A stretch of DNA of 63,432 nt, counting the filler, from Choristocarpus tenellus KU-1152 (lineage: Eukaryota > Protista > Phaeophyceae), in NCBI GenBank assembly GCA_964200185.2. It is 9 parts of 9 records of this genome, joined end to end, with 100 filler letters (N's around TTAATTAATTAA, not from the genome) between each part and the next. Parts side by side here need not be neighbours in the genome. Positions count along the whole stretch, not along the records: positions 39,339 to 43,768 come from CAXNAD020014591.1; positions 43,869 to 46,913 come from CAXNAD020022724.1; positions 47,014 to 49,966 come from CAXNAD020023403.1; positions 50,067 to 55,456 come from CAXNAD020010944.1; 5 more parts are not named here. One strand, written 5' to 3'. Positions 40,723-54,609 of this stretch are shown in pieces. Within the stretch, counting starts at the first letter, position 1, and each line of letters begins with the position of its first letter. The notes below the pieces were generated by a model, which saw nothing but the letters and a program-made list of their open reading frames with translations, was not told the DNA's origin and did not search any database. The position numbers were made by a program, and so were the translations under genes.

Positions 40723-41144
40723 CTTCTAGCTCTACGTCGTTGTCATGGGCAAGTTCCAACAATGACTGCCCTGGTGAAGCCTCAACATCCACGGCAGTAC
40801 CGTCTTCCTCCACAAATGTCATGTGGATCTTGTCCCTTGTCCAACCTTCGTATAGAGTCAGACCAGGGGTGGCAGTGTTACGATCGCCAGAAAAGTGGGT
40901 CGTAGTTGGCTCATCATATATCGAGCGGTTGTCCGCGGGAATCATGCTGGAATGGAGGTTGGATCGTGTTCTCACCAGTTGAAGAAATTGTACAATGGGT
41001 TGACGGTCCCTGTACTGATGGAGGGGGTTGCATTTGCCACAGTGCCCAACATGCCGGGGATGGGCGTCGTCGTAGGGGAATAAACGCTGCTACCCGAAGC
41101 GAACTGAACCCATATGTGGACGGAAGGGATCGAAGAAGGATCAT
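40723..41144 (-). CDS. Mitochondrial adrenodoxin-type 2Fe-2S ferredoxin, 5' part (exons 41144-40976 and ~40845-40723)
   Basis: An R/S-rich presequence is followed by IHMTFVEEDGTAVDVEASPGQSLLELAHDNDVELEG. The ACxGxxACSTCH exon was not found and probably lies beyond the contig end. Confidence 0.82.
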
Positions 41145-42986
41145 CCTGTGCACGGCGACCGCTTGTCCTGTTTGTTATGTAAAGGTTAGTTATCGGTCCT
41201 ACGAATATCATAGATCGGTGGGATCGACGATCATTGGACTCAAATACAAACAAAAATACAACATTATCAAGTCACTGTCGTCCCAGGGTATACCTTTAAT
41301 GTGCCCTTGATGATATCAATATGAGGTTATTAAATGGAGCTACAAGCCCCACTCAATCACTTCCCCTGTCACTCCTTTCCTGAATGACCTTCTCAGCCTC
41401 GCTTACCCCCATACCTTATCTAACTCCCTTCCATTCCTCATGTAGGTATTCCCACTCCCCGTCAGTTTGAACAATCTGTCTGCCCCTTTTCACCTGTTTC
41501 ACAACAAAACTGAAACAATTTCCAATCTCACTCCCTGTACAGTGTGATGTATGAGCGCATATCATCTGTAAAGTTAAGTGTTGTTTTGCATCTCAAATAG
41601 AGGTAAACGAGTGAACCTCAACAGGAGAAAAATGAGCAAAATATCTGTAACTTCCTCACACCCTAGGTTTGAAAGTTCGCGGATAGGGTATTCACACTAC
41701 AGATGAGGATACAAATGCTGAGGTGAAGGTCAGGTACAGGCACCTCTCACACGATAGACTGCCATATTTCTCCTTCATAATAACAACTGGAGTTGCATTA
41801 GGTACCAGTGTTGCCTAACTCTAAGTCATTTTTGTCGTGCATAAGATTGATATAATCCATGGTGGTACAGTATGTTATTAGTTTTTTTTGTAAGGAAGTC
41901 TTTGGGTGGTCTTCAACAGAGAAATGGAGAAGATACTGCAGGATATGTTTTTTTAATCCGTTGATTTTACATAGTGGGCAGTGGAGTTCTACATTAAGTT
42001 TATCAAAAGGCTACAATATAAAATCAACCTGTTCACTCCAGTGAGACGCTACACAATAAAGATCATGACACATTGGGACTGACTTGGTGCCATCAGGAAA
42101 ACATACCAATAATCCCTCTGTTTCTTGTATGACAGTCCCCTCACAAGCTTAGAAGCCTGAAATAAGCAAAGAGATTACCCTTATTAAAGTACCAAGCATA
42201 CAAAGGGGTGAGGTGAACGTAAGGTTGAGAGGGAGATACAAGTAGGAGGTCCAGGAATGCAAAGGTTAGACACTACCAGCTACAAGGTGCTAGAATATCG
42301 ACCTGCATCAAGTAAGGGATGATTCAGTAGTAGGTAACGAATACCTGCTTGGAGTTATAGACAGAACCTCTGTACTGTCCTTCTGCCTTCTCTTATGGAT
42401 TTTAAGAAAGTACTAGGGAAGTCGCTTACTGTACTATTTTTGAACCACGATCGAAATCGCAGTAGGTGAATATGTCGAACAGATATTTAGTCAAGTGACA
42501 TGGTCAAGATGAAAGGAAACCTACCATAACGTATCATATAGTAGGTGCTTTAGGGTAATTTGATGATACACACAAGTTATGATCACTCCTACTAACAGGT
42601 AACAAAAACAATATAGGATGATACAACAGAAACTAAAGTATAGCAATTGGTTATCTTGACAACTCATTAAAAATATTGTGAGCATTGATTGAATACTAAG
42701 AAATTAAGTAGTCAAAATTAGTGAGAGAGAAAAAAGTTGAGAAAATTGATTATGTACATATAGATTGGATAAAACATGAACGGCCCGGAAACAATGTGGC
42801 AGTGTTCAAACAAGTACTTTTTTTTTGGTGAATGAATCCTTTGCCTCGATTGAGACATGATTTTATCCTCCTGTCAGGCATTCCCTCTCGAAAAAGTACG
42901 ACAGGATAAGAGAGAAGACAGCAGGTACTCAAAGAATATATTGCTCAGAGAGTATATTGAGCATAGAAGGAGGAAGGTAGGTTCAA

Positions 42987-43247
42987 GAGTCAAAGTATCT
43001 TAGAGAGTAGAGCCGTGTCCATTGGGAGACCAAAATCCAATGTTGCGATTTTGATGTAATTTTGGCTATTGTATTTGTTTGGAAGTGTCAATATCCTTTG
43101 TCCCAATACACCTTTCATAACGTATGCATTTTATCTACTCCAAACTGGTTTCGGAGTAGGTAAAAAGTGATAAAGAAAACGCATGGGAAGCCAAGCCCTA
43201 AACGGACAAACAGGGCAAAACTCGCACCCTCTAAGATACTTTCACTC
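42987..43247 (+). mobile_element. ~260-bp MITE, copy A (GAG...CTC termini, 4-bp TSD TCAA; Sola-like)
   Basis: TIR gagtcaaagtatcttagagagt ... accctctaagatactttcactc, with TCAA on both flanks. Confidence 0.85.
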
Positions 43248-46200
43248 TCAAGGATCAATGGACCAAGGAGCAGACTTGTTAGAAGAGCACCCAAAGTAGA
43301 GGGATAGTCGTGAATAGTATCCCAATAGGTTTACTACCATAAAGGGAGACTAATTGCGTAAAAGTTCCTTAGGACTGCGAATTTGTGATTCCATCCCCAA
43401 GTAGAGGACTCTTGTGGCATCATTGAAGAACTAGTTTTGTCCTTGCTTCTGGGGCATTAAAATGTTTTCTTATGTTTTCTTTGTGTTCACACATAGACAT
43501 ATAGGGCTACGTTTCTGTTTATATATACTCCGAAGTACTACATTTTTACCAAATATCTTTATATGTTTATTTTATTCGTGTTTTTGGTATGTCAATTGCC
43601 CATTCAGATCTTTGAAGGCATTGCATAAGCTTCACATTGGGGGACATGGGATAGACGATTGATATGCATTCCTTTTGTCACGGGTGGTGTGGGTGTCTTG
43701 ATGTAGTCATTGTCACAATACATGAGGTCGATTCCGAATTGAAGACCCAAAGCATCTGGGGGGGGGGGNNNNNNNNNNNNNNNNNNNNNNNNNNNNNNNN
43801 NNNNNNNNNNNNTTAATTAATTAANNNNNNNNNNNNNNNNNNNNNNNNNNNNNNNNNNNNNNNNNNNNTCAAGGCACAAAAAGGTGATCGTTCATGTCTT
43901 TTTTGCTGCTCTCAAGCTCTTCAACTCCATGAAAAATTGCCCCCTTCTTATAAAGAGCTAACATTAGTATCCTTCACATTTTGACCGTATGATCTCTTGG
44001 CTAATGAGCATGGATGAAGATAGCTTTCAGTTTTTGTACTTGAGCTTGTTCACAAAGTGCCTTTGTGTGTGTTGTCCTCTTGTTTCATTAGATAGCGCTC
44101 TCTCATGACGACACCCCTCTTCGCCCTTTTTCCCAACAGAAAATGGGACTCAATGTTGAAGCCACAATGTATTTTTTTTCTTCTTCAAGTAGGTGTGAAC
44201 TTGAAGTTTTGTCCCTTACAGGTTTTATTTCCTTGGTTGAACTTCTGCCCTGAAGGTTGTGGTTCACCATTCAAAGCTGTTTGGCGTAAGTGGGATCGCA
44301 TTAATCCACGCAACGACCTGTTGAAACATTGATTCATCAGCATCATGCTTTGCTGGCAATATTGACACGAATTCCTCTCTTGACTATCTGTACTTCATGT
44401 AACTGTTTTCAAGGTGGAGACCAAGGCCACTGCCCTCATGGCCCTTCTCGTGGTGGACTTTATCTTTTTTGAGGTATGTTGAAAACCCCAACTATCTAGA
44501 AAATTTGAAGTTTGATGATTGAACATAAGGCTCTTGTGTGGTTGAGATAGTTCGTATGTCATTTGATCCCTGCAGGTGCCATCAGCATATATTTTTTTTC
44601 AGTTAAATATATCCTATAGGGTACAATAGGGATGAATACATACTACCTTATATATAATCTCAGTCATGGTCTTGTATTAAGGCATGTCGGCCTGTGAATC
44701 ATTTCATTGTGGCTTATACAGTGTTCTATTAAAAGAAACTTTGGACACTGGGCAGGTGGTGGGGAGAATGGCATCACCATTTGTGGCATTTTGAGTGAAA
44801 TTTTGAGCTGTAACACATGTGTTGGAAAAGTACTGCTTGACTTCAAGTAACAATTGCATCCCTTTTTTTGTTACTTCGAGAAATCTATTTTTTGTCCTCT
44901 CATGGCATGTAAATTTGGGTGGAGAGAAGTTTTCTAAAAGTTAAACAATTAGAGCACCAGTGTGTGTGGATGAATGAAGTGTTCGATAGATGCAAGCAGG
45001 AGGTAGATTCAGAACTGAAATTGCTTGTTGCCTCACCAGACACATTTCCATCTAGCCACATGCTCTAATCATTTCCCCCCACTATTCTGCCCCCCTATTA
45101 AAATCGTGCAATCCCTCAGAGTGGTGGCTCAGCAAACGCCAGCTTGGATGGTGCATGTACTATTGATCTCTGCACACTTTATTGCTGTGGCTGCCCTTGC
45201 CGTTGCGAGATTACGTGTGGAGGTCAGTTGAAGGGTAACAAGAACACATGTAGGGTAACGTTCCCACCAATGAGATTATGAAAATACCACGTTGAGCGAT
45301 TACAATGCACTCATCCTTACTGTCTTTTTCCTTCTTGGTATCTCTCAGGTTCACAGGGTGGGGATGGAGATGGAGGAGCTCCGGTTTCTGAAGACATGGA
45401 CCGCTGAATAGGTCACATGGGAATTCCCTCTCTGTGGTTGCTGATGAATGCAAGAAGGACGCATTCTTTATGTATAGCCCCCTTTCCCATTGCGGAGGTC
45501 TAAGAGTGGATGAAGTTGGAGTTGTCATGGTGTAGAAGTGTAGGGAGTCTACATAACTAGAAACCATTTTTGTGCGCAAGAACAAGTGGGTTTACAGGTG
45601 CTGTCAAGAAATCAACTGTGAATCAGTCCACCACGATTAACAAATTGGTGGATGATATGATGTGGTGTTCTTGAAGCGGTTAGGGCTATTTGACAGTTTC
45701 AAGTGTTGAGTTGAACCCATCATGCTTTTGCTATTTTCCTTTGGAACCATACCCACTTCCTACATTTTTTGTGCTTGCATCAACCATCAGTTGAAGGGGG
45801 TGGCTCAAGTAATTTTCTGAAATGGTGGTTACACAAGTTGTGATTTCTGTTTTTGTATTATGTAGTCCGCAACATGCCGAATTGTTGGCCCCACCAGAGT
45901 GAGTAGGGAAGTGGAGGTAAGGTTAGAGTGAAAGGTGATGAATGAGAAATGGAATAGGCAACAAGTATAGTACCAGTAGTGGGTGCATACGTGCTTGAGC
46001 TGCCTTTCCTGCTGTTTCATCATGATCTATTTTACTCCCCCAGCCTCTCTGTCATCCACCTGTCTATGAAAATTCTGGTTCCATCAACCAGATATTTGGC
46101 TATTTTACCTAAGCTTCTAAAAATTGATTGCCCTGACCACCCTGCTTCTGCATTCAATTTCCAATTTCTCCGAGCTAAACATATTTGGCATATCATTTTA

Positions 46201-48144
46201 TAAATGCTTGGTATTATGTTTTCGAGCATGCTTCAATCAGGAATATATGGAGATATTCTTCTTGAGATCTATTCTCTTCACATAATCGAATCATCTACAA
46301 TAGTAGGAGTTAAGCACAGGTATTTCCTGGCTTGCACTTATTTCTAGCACCTTGCGAGACTTGGCACCACCCTCAAAAATAGTTCCGTTTCAGGTTACAT
46401 TGTTCTTGCGTAAGGTCTCAGTCATTTATCCCTGGTACCCTCATCCTCTTTTCAATCTGTTTTATTTTATTATTCTCTGACATTTTGCGGATGTGTCATA
46501 GGAAAAACTAATGAAAACCATTGAAACCATATCTGTATTGTTGTTTGTTGTACCATGGCCATGCTGCACTTACCTACTCGAAGTCGTAAGGTTAATGTAC
46601 CGAGCCCTACGAGGGCATCAGTGTGTAGGGTAAGATATGTGTTACAGGTGATCGACGTAGAGGTTACAGCAGAAAGGAGCGGTTAAATCCCCCTTTGTGA
46701 TAGATAGTGTTTTTCACAACATAAGTGGCTCTATCAAGACGTGACATGTAATTTTAAGCTGGAGACACCAGGGAGATGGACAAGGGGGGACCTACCAGAT
46801 TCTTGGGATGCTTTTCTAGTCTGTCGCCATGTGGTGTACGACTATGATAGGTTGGAGGCATAGTAGGGGAGTGGTTTAGTATAGGTGGTAGTCGCAAGGT
46901 AAATAGATAAGGGNNNNNNNNNNNNNNNNNNNNNNNNNNNNNNNNNNNNNNNNNNNNTTAATTAATTAANNNNNNNNNNNNNNNNNNNNNNNNNNNNNNN
47001 NNNNNNNNNNNNNCTATCCTCCATGAAATGATCCATCCGCCATTATCTTGATCCGCTGTTCTTAGAAGATTGAGTGTTAAAACTAGTAGGGCACTCTTTT
47101 AAAATCAGCACGTAAAACAAGGTTAAATACCTAATTCGATGCGTATCAGGAAATCGATTTTTGTGGGACCTGGATACTATTTCTCCCCAAAAGGGTATGG
47201 TATCCTCGATTATTCTCCTCCCGTCATGATCTAATAGAAAATCAAGATAATCGATCAATCAAGTTATCAACCGATTGGACAAACGAATTGGTGATTGTGT
47301 CTCTGACATACGCACTATAGGTTGACAGCACGTAAATGACAATTTCTGGGTCTCATTCCTGACTCTAACACTGCTTAAGAAAAGGCAACGAGGGTCAGAA
47401 AAGGAGAAAAGTGGAAGATGAAGAAAATAAAGAGAAGAAATGAAAGGGACGAATACAACCTGTTCAAGTAATCTACTAAGCATGATGAGGGGAATAGATT
47501 AAAGAAAATGAGCAAAAATAGATAGAGAAGAATATTCTCATCAAATAGTAGATGTAACTATTGACTTTCTGTTGAGTGACATATTTTTTGGGTCCTAGAA
47601 CATGCTATATCGAGGCAACAAGTTAAGGGAACTCCCAACGAAGAAGGATGGTACCCAGTGTTTACTGCTGAACTCGGAGACATGGAAAGGGAGCCACCTG
47701 GTGAGAGGTTATCTCACTCTACTACTACAACATCACTTTGACACCTCTGTTGTTATGATGTAGAGTGGGAACTGTTTGGGCACTGTCCCTGCTCATTATT
47801 GGCAAGGATTTTTTTCTCATTTTATCACACAAGCATTATTGTGGGATCCCTAAACAGCAGTATTATTCAACACAATAGAATAATAATATATGCAAGACAA
47901 CAATGGATTAAGTGCTACAGGGAAGTGAGACTGACTCCAAGGTGACGTACCCCAGCATCACACTGAGATGTCAAGGTGGATTTCAAACAACATGAACATG
48001 ATACCATCTATGTACAACTACTGTGTATACTGCTCATCTATCAAAACAGGGTGAGCATGTCACAGTCTTCATAATATAACAGAACTATGAGAACCCTCTT
48101 TTTTCTGCCGCTACTCCATCTTGAACACTACTGCACACACACTC

Positions 48145-48482
48145 CAGTGCACAGGGGAGATCCCCTGTCTTTGGCAGCCCCTACTTTCCTTGGGGGACCC
48201 CCACTGTCATATTTTTTTCACTTCACGTGAATTTTTGATCACCTGACCCTAACCCTAATTCTAGCCCTAACTTTTGCGCGAATAATACAACATTCTAGAA
48301 GAAGTGGTGAGGGAGTATTGTGTGCACAGGGAAACCATAACCTCTCAAGGGCACACCACTTCTACTTTTTCACACCCATTTTCGAGAATCTAACCCTAAC
48401 CCTATATCCCGAGCCCGTGTGTGAAAAAAGCATGAAAGTGAGGACTCCCAAAGACAGGGGAGGGGATCTTCCCTGTGAACTG
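48145..48482. mobile_element. MITE-like element with imperfect ~30-bp inverted ends and internal CCCTAA repeats
   Basis: Left end cagtgcacaggggagatcccctgtctttgg is complementary to the right end ccaaagacaggggaggggatcttccctgtgaactg. Degenerate (CCCTAA)n at ~48243-48270 and ~48390-48404. Confidence 0.6.
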
Positions 48483-50066
48483 CACCAATTCCACATGTAT
48501 ATAATGGTTAACGACCTGTGTGGTCGGTGGGGTAGTGGAGGATTCAACAGGGATGACATGTGTGCAATCATATCTCAGTAACAGCACAAATAGTAGCCCA
48601 ATCGAGATACATTATGTGGATTTGTTTCTAGATAATACCATGTGTGAATAACATGACGACCAGTGTGAAACCTCTTCTTGATTTCGATAATAATAATAAT
48701 GATGACGTTATCAATATTTTAAAGCTTGACTAAACATTTTATGTAGAAAAAAAAACGTACTGATGAGTTTGTTCTCTTGCAGGTTGCTTTTTCCTCCCCC
48801 ACTGTGCCCACATATCTAGAAAGAATCAGTGGGAATAAAATTTTGTGCTATTACCATTTTTAAAGAGTGTCGAGTAGTTCTTTGTCCTCCTTTCATCATT
48901 CCAGTTTCGAGACTGACACTGTATTTATGCCCATTGGATGATTGAAGATATTTGTGGTACCATAGAGGCAGTGGGGAAGTCTAATCACGCTTTTAACAGT
49001 ACTAGCTAATGAGCACGGCAGGTTGATACACAATACAGAGTATATATGATGCATGTAGTTGAATGTAAGAGGCAGTTATGAATAGCATGAAGAATAAACA
49101 ATTTCACATTACATGTCTAAACCTGTTTGAAGCAAACTCACCACTGTGAACAGCTGAAGCGATGCCTCAACTTGAAATTCAGTCACACAGGAGATGTGTC
49201 AGAGAATAGTAACATGCCCAATAACAGTAGGACCACACCTCCAGCCACAGAAACTTTCTGGTGAACATCATTTTGTGCCAGGTTAGGTTTTATGCTGATC
49301 AACCTCTTCACATCTCTCTTTCAAACTTCTTTCTACCTCTTCAGTCATGGGTGCAACGAAGACTAGATAGCCAGCTGGGTGTCCATAATATGTTCCACCT
49401 GCTTTCCCCAAGAACCCAAGAACCACATATTTTACGTATTATTAGGTAAACCAGCAATGCAAATAAATCAACCACATAACCTGACAAGGAAGCACAGCCA
49501 GTGGATAATACATTTTGTGTCATATGCAACCACTCCTCACCATCCTCTCCCAAAAAATGCTTTATTACCACCTTCAACCTGCTAAAAAAAAAACACAGGT
49601 CCAAGCTGCTGCTTACTTATCAGCTCATCTCTATCTTCTGGGTCTCACCTTTGAGATCAAGGGGAAAATAACTCTCTACAACTTGTACTGATATTCATCC
49701 AAGACAAGCTCTGTGTCGCAAACGCTCAGCAACATTGCTTCTTTAACCCTTGAATCTCTCCCACACATACAATGTCCCTTTTTTATCGTCTAAGTCAGCA
49801 ACCTATACTAACAGGATTTTCCAGACATGAGGCAATCCTTCCATACCATCGCCCCTCATCCACTCCTCTCTCTCCAACCCTTCTCCCTCCTGACATTAGG
49901 GACAAACCTTGACAAGGTACATCCAGTAGTCATCTTAATGTCAACACCATATATTTCCTCCCACACNNNNNNNNNNNNNNNNNNNNNNNNNNNNNNNNNN
50001 NNNNNNNNNNTTAATTAATTAANNNNNNNNNNNNNNNNNNNNNNNNNNNNNNNNNNNNNNNNNNNN

Positions 50067-50136
50067 CCGAAAATCGTGATATGAAAAAATTGTCTCCAAA
50101 TGGACAGCCGCCACCCCCTCCCAGATACTTTGAGCC
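50067..50136 (-). mobile_element. Terminus of the same element at a contig start
   Basis: Reverse complement reads ggctcaaagtatctgggagggggtggcggctgtccattt. Confidence 0.65.
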
Positions 50137-50310
50137 ACTTGAAAGTACGATGTGCGGCACTGCATTGTATTGAGAGGCACTCATGCATGTCATATAGTGA
50201 TATCATACTGTAGGACTCTGTAAAGCCCTTCACACGCCAAACTCTAAATTTAATAGAACATCAAACTGACACAGTCGAACAACATATTAATCCCCCTGTT
50301 ATATTCTCTT

Positions 50311-53300
50311 CTACTTGCTGGAGGTGTAAGGACTGCATGGAGTAATTGTCGTTCCAGGCACTGATGCATCTGGCAACCGTATTATAACGCAATAGCCTCC
50401 AGTGACATCAAACAACAACCTTAAGCATCCCACTAGAGCCCTTGCCAAAGCTGGGCGTTGTCCAGGGAGAAGCAGGAGTGGATTAACTAGCCTTTCGGTT
50501 TTATTATTATTACTGCCAATGATATATTGTCCAGGTAGTGCTACCTCCTCCTCTTGGACCTTGCGTGGGTCGCGAACTACAAATCTGATGGTGTCACCAT
50601 GTTGGAGGAACTTTCCTTGCTCCATCGCTGGGGCTCCTGGTAGAGCACATCGTGTTCTCGTCGTGGTTGCCTTATGATCAGAGACCTTTGGAGACTTCAC
50701 TGATACCCTTTGTTCCATCTCCAGCCTTTGTCCCTCCTCGCCCATATCATGAAAGCACTCCACGTAAACGCGAATTCCACTAATGCGATGCCAACCGCTA
50801 TAAATAATCTCTGTTTCTTTTTTAATTCTCTTGCTTCTTACACTGAGATCAATATCGCTCCGTAGTGGATTCATTCCAATGTGACCTTCCTGTCTATTCG
50901 GGGTGCCTTGCTTAGTACCTGACTTGAGTTTATTACCATGGTCTTCACCAGCATAATACTTTATTGGCATCATGAAATGCTCATTCCGTTCACCACACGA
51001 TAGATTGATATCCTGTGGCATTGACACGGTGAGCCTTATGTGCTGTACGCCCCCTTTCTCTACCCTACGGAATCGTATACCACTACGGGCAACTCGCTCA
51101 ATGTCTATGGACGAAAGACAACCCCCGACAAAGCAGGTGTCATCTCCTACTGGTATGTTCTTCGCTCGATTCTGTCCATGGACCATCTGTACCTCTTTGG
51201 TCCCCTCTAATGGGAGTTTGGTCGTTTCATCTGTGGCTAGGAACCTGAAGGACCTAATGATCTTCATGTCAGATCCGGTGGAGAATACCTCATACACTCT
51301 GACCAAGAGTTGCTCAGTTACTTGAACCATCCCTTCCTCTACCATTGCTTCCTCTTCAGATTGTGACGGAGTTCCCGCATCTGCCCAAGTCTCGTTTAAT
51401 GTTGCCGTGCTTCCTCTTGTGCATACCTGCTGCCTTACTTGACGAATGTCCATTGGGATTTGGAGCCTGCGCTTGAACACAAGTCGCTCGTTTTGCCTAT
51501 CTGGAGGAGAATTTATTATACTGTGGCGCGGGCTTGGCAGAGCCTTGGGTGCAATTGACTCAAATAAGTGTGTCGAGTTCTGCATTGGTGTCTCTTCAAT
51601 AGAAGATTGTGTTCCTGCTGGTGGGCTTCCTGATGACCCAACTGCCACTTCAACTTGATGAGCATCTTCCTTGTCCGTTTTTTTTTCTTTTTTCTTTTCC
51701 CTTTCATTCCTGAAGGGCAGCCCAGCCTCATCTGCAATGTCGTACCCATCCCCACTTGAGAATACAACCACTGGTGGTTGATGGCACCTTGCTGATGGCG
51801 CTCTCAATATGTGAGCATGCTCAGTACTACCCACAAGCTCTTCTCTCCTTGGACTTGCTTCAGCATTAGTGAGGACGGAGCAGGATCCAAATATCTGTCT
51901 CACCTTTCCTCCCAAAACGAGGGATATCCCCCCCACACAACCATTATCTCCAGCGTCTTTGATGAACATGAAGCTAGACTCTAGCATCTCTGCAGCTTGG
52001 GCTTTGCCAGGCTCACTAAATTCTTTCTTCACAGATGTTGGGGTCTTCATGCAAGTGACTACAAACTCTGAGAGATCTGGGGCGAGGTCATTGACATCAA
52101 TTTTTATCCGGAACACGCTTCCCCTCTTGTGGTCTACAAGAATGGCCTCCATGCATTCCATGTTATCATCGCAGGGAAGAAGTTTAATGTCAAAATGGCG
52201 GGTGTTGGAGATAGCTGAAAAACCTGAAACCAGCTCCCCCTCTTTTTTTCCTTCTTGGGATCCAAATGAGGATGCAGCCAAGCAATGCTGATGAGGGACC
52301 AGAGGGTACTCATGCAGGTGTATTCCACACACCTCAAAGAAAGGCTGCCTTTCATCCAGTGCTGGGTTCTCAGAAGTTGATCCCTTGCATTCATGACCAT
52401 ATGCTGTGTGCTGAAACCTCAACCGCCACAAAAGGCTGTTCAGCCAATACCTTTTGCTGAAGGGATGTACTGGACCATCCCCTGTGTGCTTTCCACCCTC
52501 AGGCGAACGTTCGCTGGTGCCAATGCCTGGAGTCAGAACTTTGCCTGCCAACACCGCTTGGATGAGACCATTTGGGATTGAGACAGATCTAACACATTGC
52601 CCGGTTGCAGAGTTATACACCTCTAGGCGCAGCCTTTCGGATCCTCCCCGGTGGGAGAACTCCCGCAGAGTAACTAATCTTCTCAAAATGAGCTCTTCTA
52701 CTGCACGGACACCATTGCAATGCTTCTCTTTTTTGCCACTGTCCTCAACAAAAAATGTTACAAGGCAAGAGAACATCAACTGTCCCGTTCTCCGCTTCCT
52801 GAGTCTCAGCACCGGAGATTTCTTCATTCCCCACCCAACCACTTTGCTTTGTGTTTGATCTACGTCAGTGTTTCGATGTTGAGTGTCAGTCTCATTTCCT
52901 GAGGCTCCTCCAACAGACATATCAATGCCCTTGTCCCAGCCTAGAAGCCAGTGTTGATAGCTGTGACTCCTCTTACCATTGACTGAAAGGACGAGGCGAT
53001 CTGCAATCATTTTGCCAATCTCTTGCATGTTGGACTCATCCAATGTAGGGGCCAATCGCATTGGGTGCTCTTCTGATAGGAGAGAGGGAAAAAATTCTCT
53101 TGGCACTCGGACATCCCACTCACCCCCTCCTTTGCCATCAACCACACACCAGAAGTCACACCTGCCCTCCTCATAGACTACGACTGGTACTGGACACCCT
53201 CTCATCAGACAAGAGGTCCGAATTACCTCTCTAACAGCGTGTCGGCAGAACATGATCAACCCGTTCCCTTCTACTGCACTCCTATTCCCTATTTCTACAC

Positions 53301-53527
53301 CTGTCTCCACCTCTCCCATATACCCCGTTATCCCCTTTCTGGGAACGTTTGCTTGTACCTCTCTCTCCATCAATGTAGTGGGTGTGTTCAAAGTTGCCCT
53401 GCAATTGAGATCCGGTGAATGTGGCCAGGCACATGTTGGGCCGTCACTTTCGATTACTAGCCTCCCCACAAGGCTTCTCCATACTGTAGGTTTGTCCTTG
53501 AGTAATGGCAATGTCGTTAGATCATAC
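50311..53527 (-). CDS. Large terminal exon (>1060 aa) of a protein of unknown function
   Basis: Uninterrupted 3.2-kb ORF ending in TAG at 50311. A probable AG acceptor lies near 53528 and a possible upstream exon at ~53650-53910. No family is recognised. Confidence 0.8.
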
Positions 53528-54053
53528 CTTTGAAGGGTGAGGTTGGGAAACTTTGGAAAGGTCAGCCTGCTGCTGTGATGGGATGATCAAACGGGCTGGA
53601 AAATTTTACAATGTTTGTAATGCGAACAAATCTAATGAGTAATTCTTACCAATAGTAAAAACAATTAATGCAACATAGTTTCTCTGACAAATAGGTCACA
53701 AAATTCTGTGATTCCAAGCACGACACATCACTCCTTTTCACTTCTTGCATGGAGAAGGGCCTATCTACGTATCTCTGCACCTTCAGTGTGCCACAAATTA
53801 TCTTGACCTTTGAACTCTGTCTTCCTTCTTTCCCATCAACACCCCTTCAGTTTGTTCAGCCCACAACAAGACCTTGCTATGTTTTTCACAGTAATGATTG
53901 ACAGTTTTACCTGTCTGAATGATAATGCCATCGCCCCATTGGACGATACACAACTGTGAGCGATTCCTACTCAGATCTGGATAAGAGTACCACTTTCAGG
54001 ATAATAATAATTGATTCTAGTTTGCCTCAATCCCCAAACAGGAACAATATAGT

Positions 54054-54319
54054 GAGTCAAAGTATCTTAGAGGGTAGAGCCGCGTCCGTTTGGGGGCCGA
54101 AATCCAATGTTGCGAATCTGATGAAATTTTGGCTATTGTGTTTGTTAGGAAGCGTCAATATCCTTATTCCGGACACACCTTTCATAGTGTATACATTTTA
54201 CCTACTCAGAAATACTGCGGACTAGGTACAATGTCATAAAAAAAACCCTTGGGAAGCGAAGCCCCAAACGGACAAACGGGGCAAAACTCGTACCCTCTCT
54301 TAATAAGAGACTTTCACTC
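54054..54319 (+). mobile_element. MITE copy B (same family as 42987-43247)
   Basis: Aligns end to end with copy A: gagtcaaagtatcttagagggtagagccgcgtccg ... aaactcgtaccctct..agactttcactc. Confidence 0.85.
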
Positions 54320-54609
54320 ACTTTGCCCTCTCTGTTTCTGTCCAGCAAGACATGGTGGGTGAAATGCATCAGTCCAAGTGCAAATACCGCAACTTTAAAT
54401 GTTACAGTTACAGAATTGGAAGCCAAGAAGGTACGGCAAACTAAATCGTCCAAGTATTATCTGCTATAGACATAAGATATTTAATCATCTCCACTTTTGC
54501 ATGCCATATGTACATTGCTAGCACTAAACGTTTCCAATATATCCCCCATGAGATTAGGATTGTAGAAACCTAGAAGACCACCTTATACATGATACTTCAA
54601 GCGGTTGTT

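Noticed and set aside
47014-47520. AT-rich stretch resembling an organelle-derived insert
   Set aside because: No recognisable plastid or mitochondrial gene in any frame.
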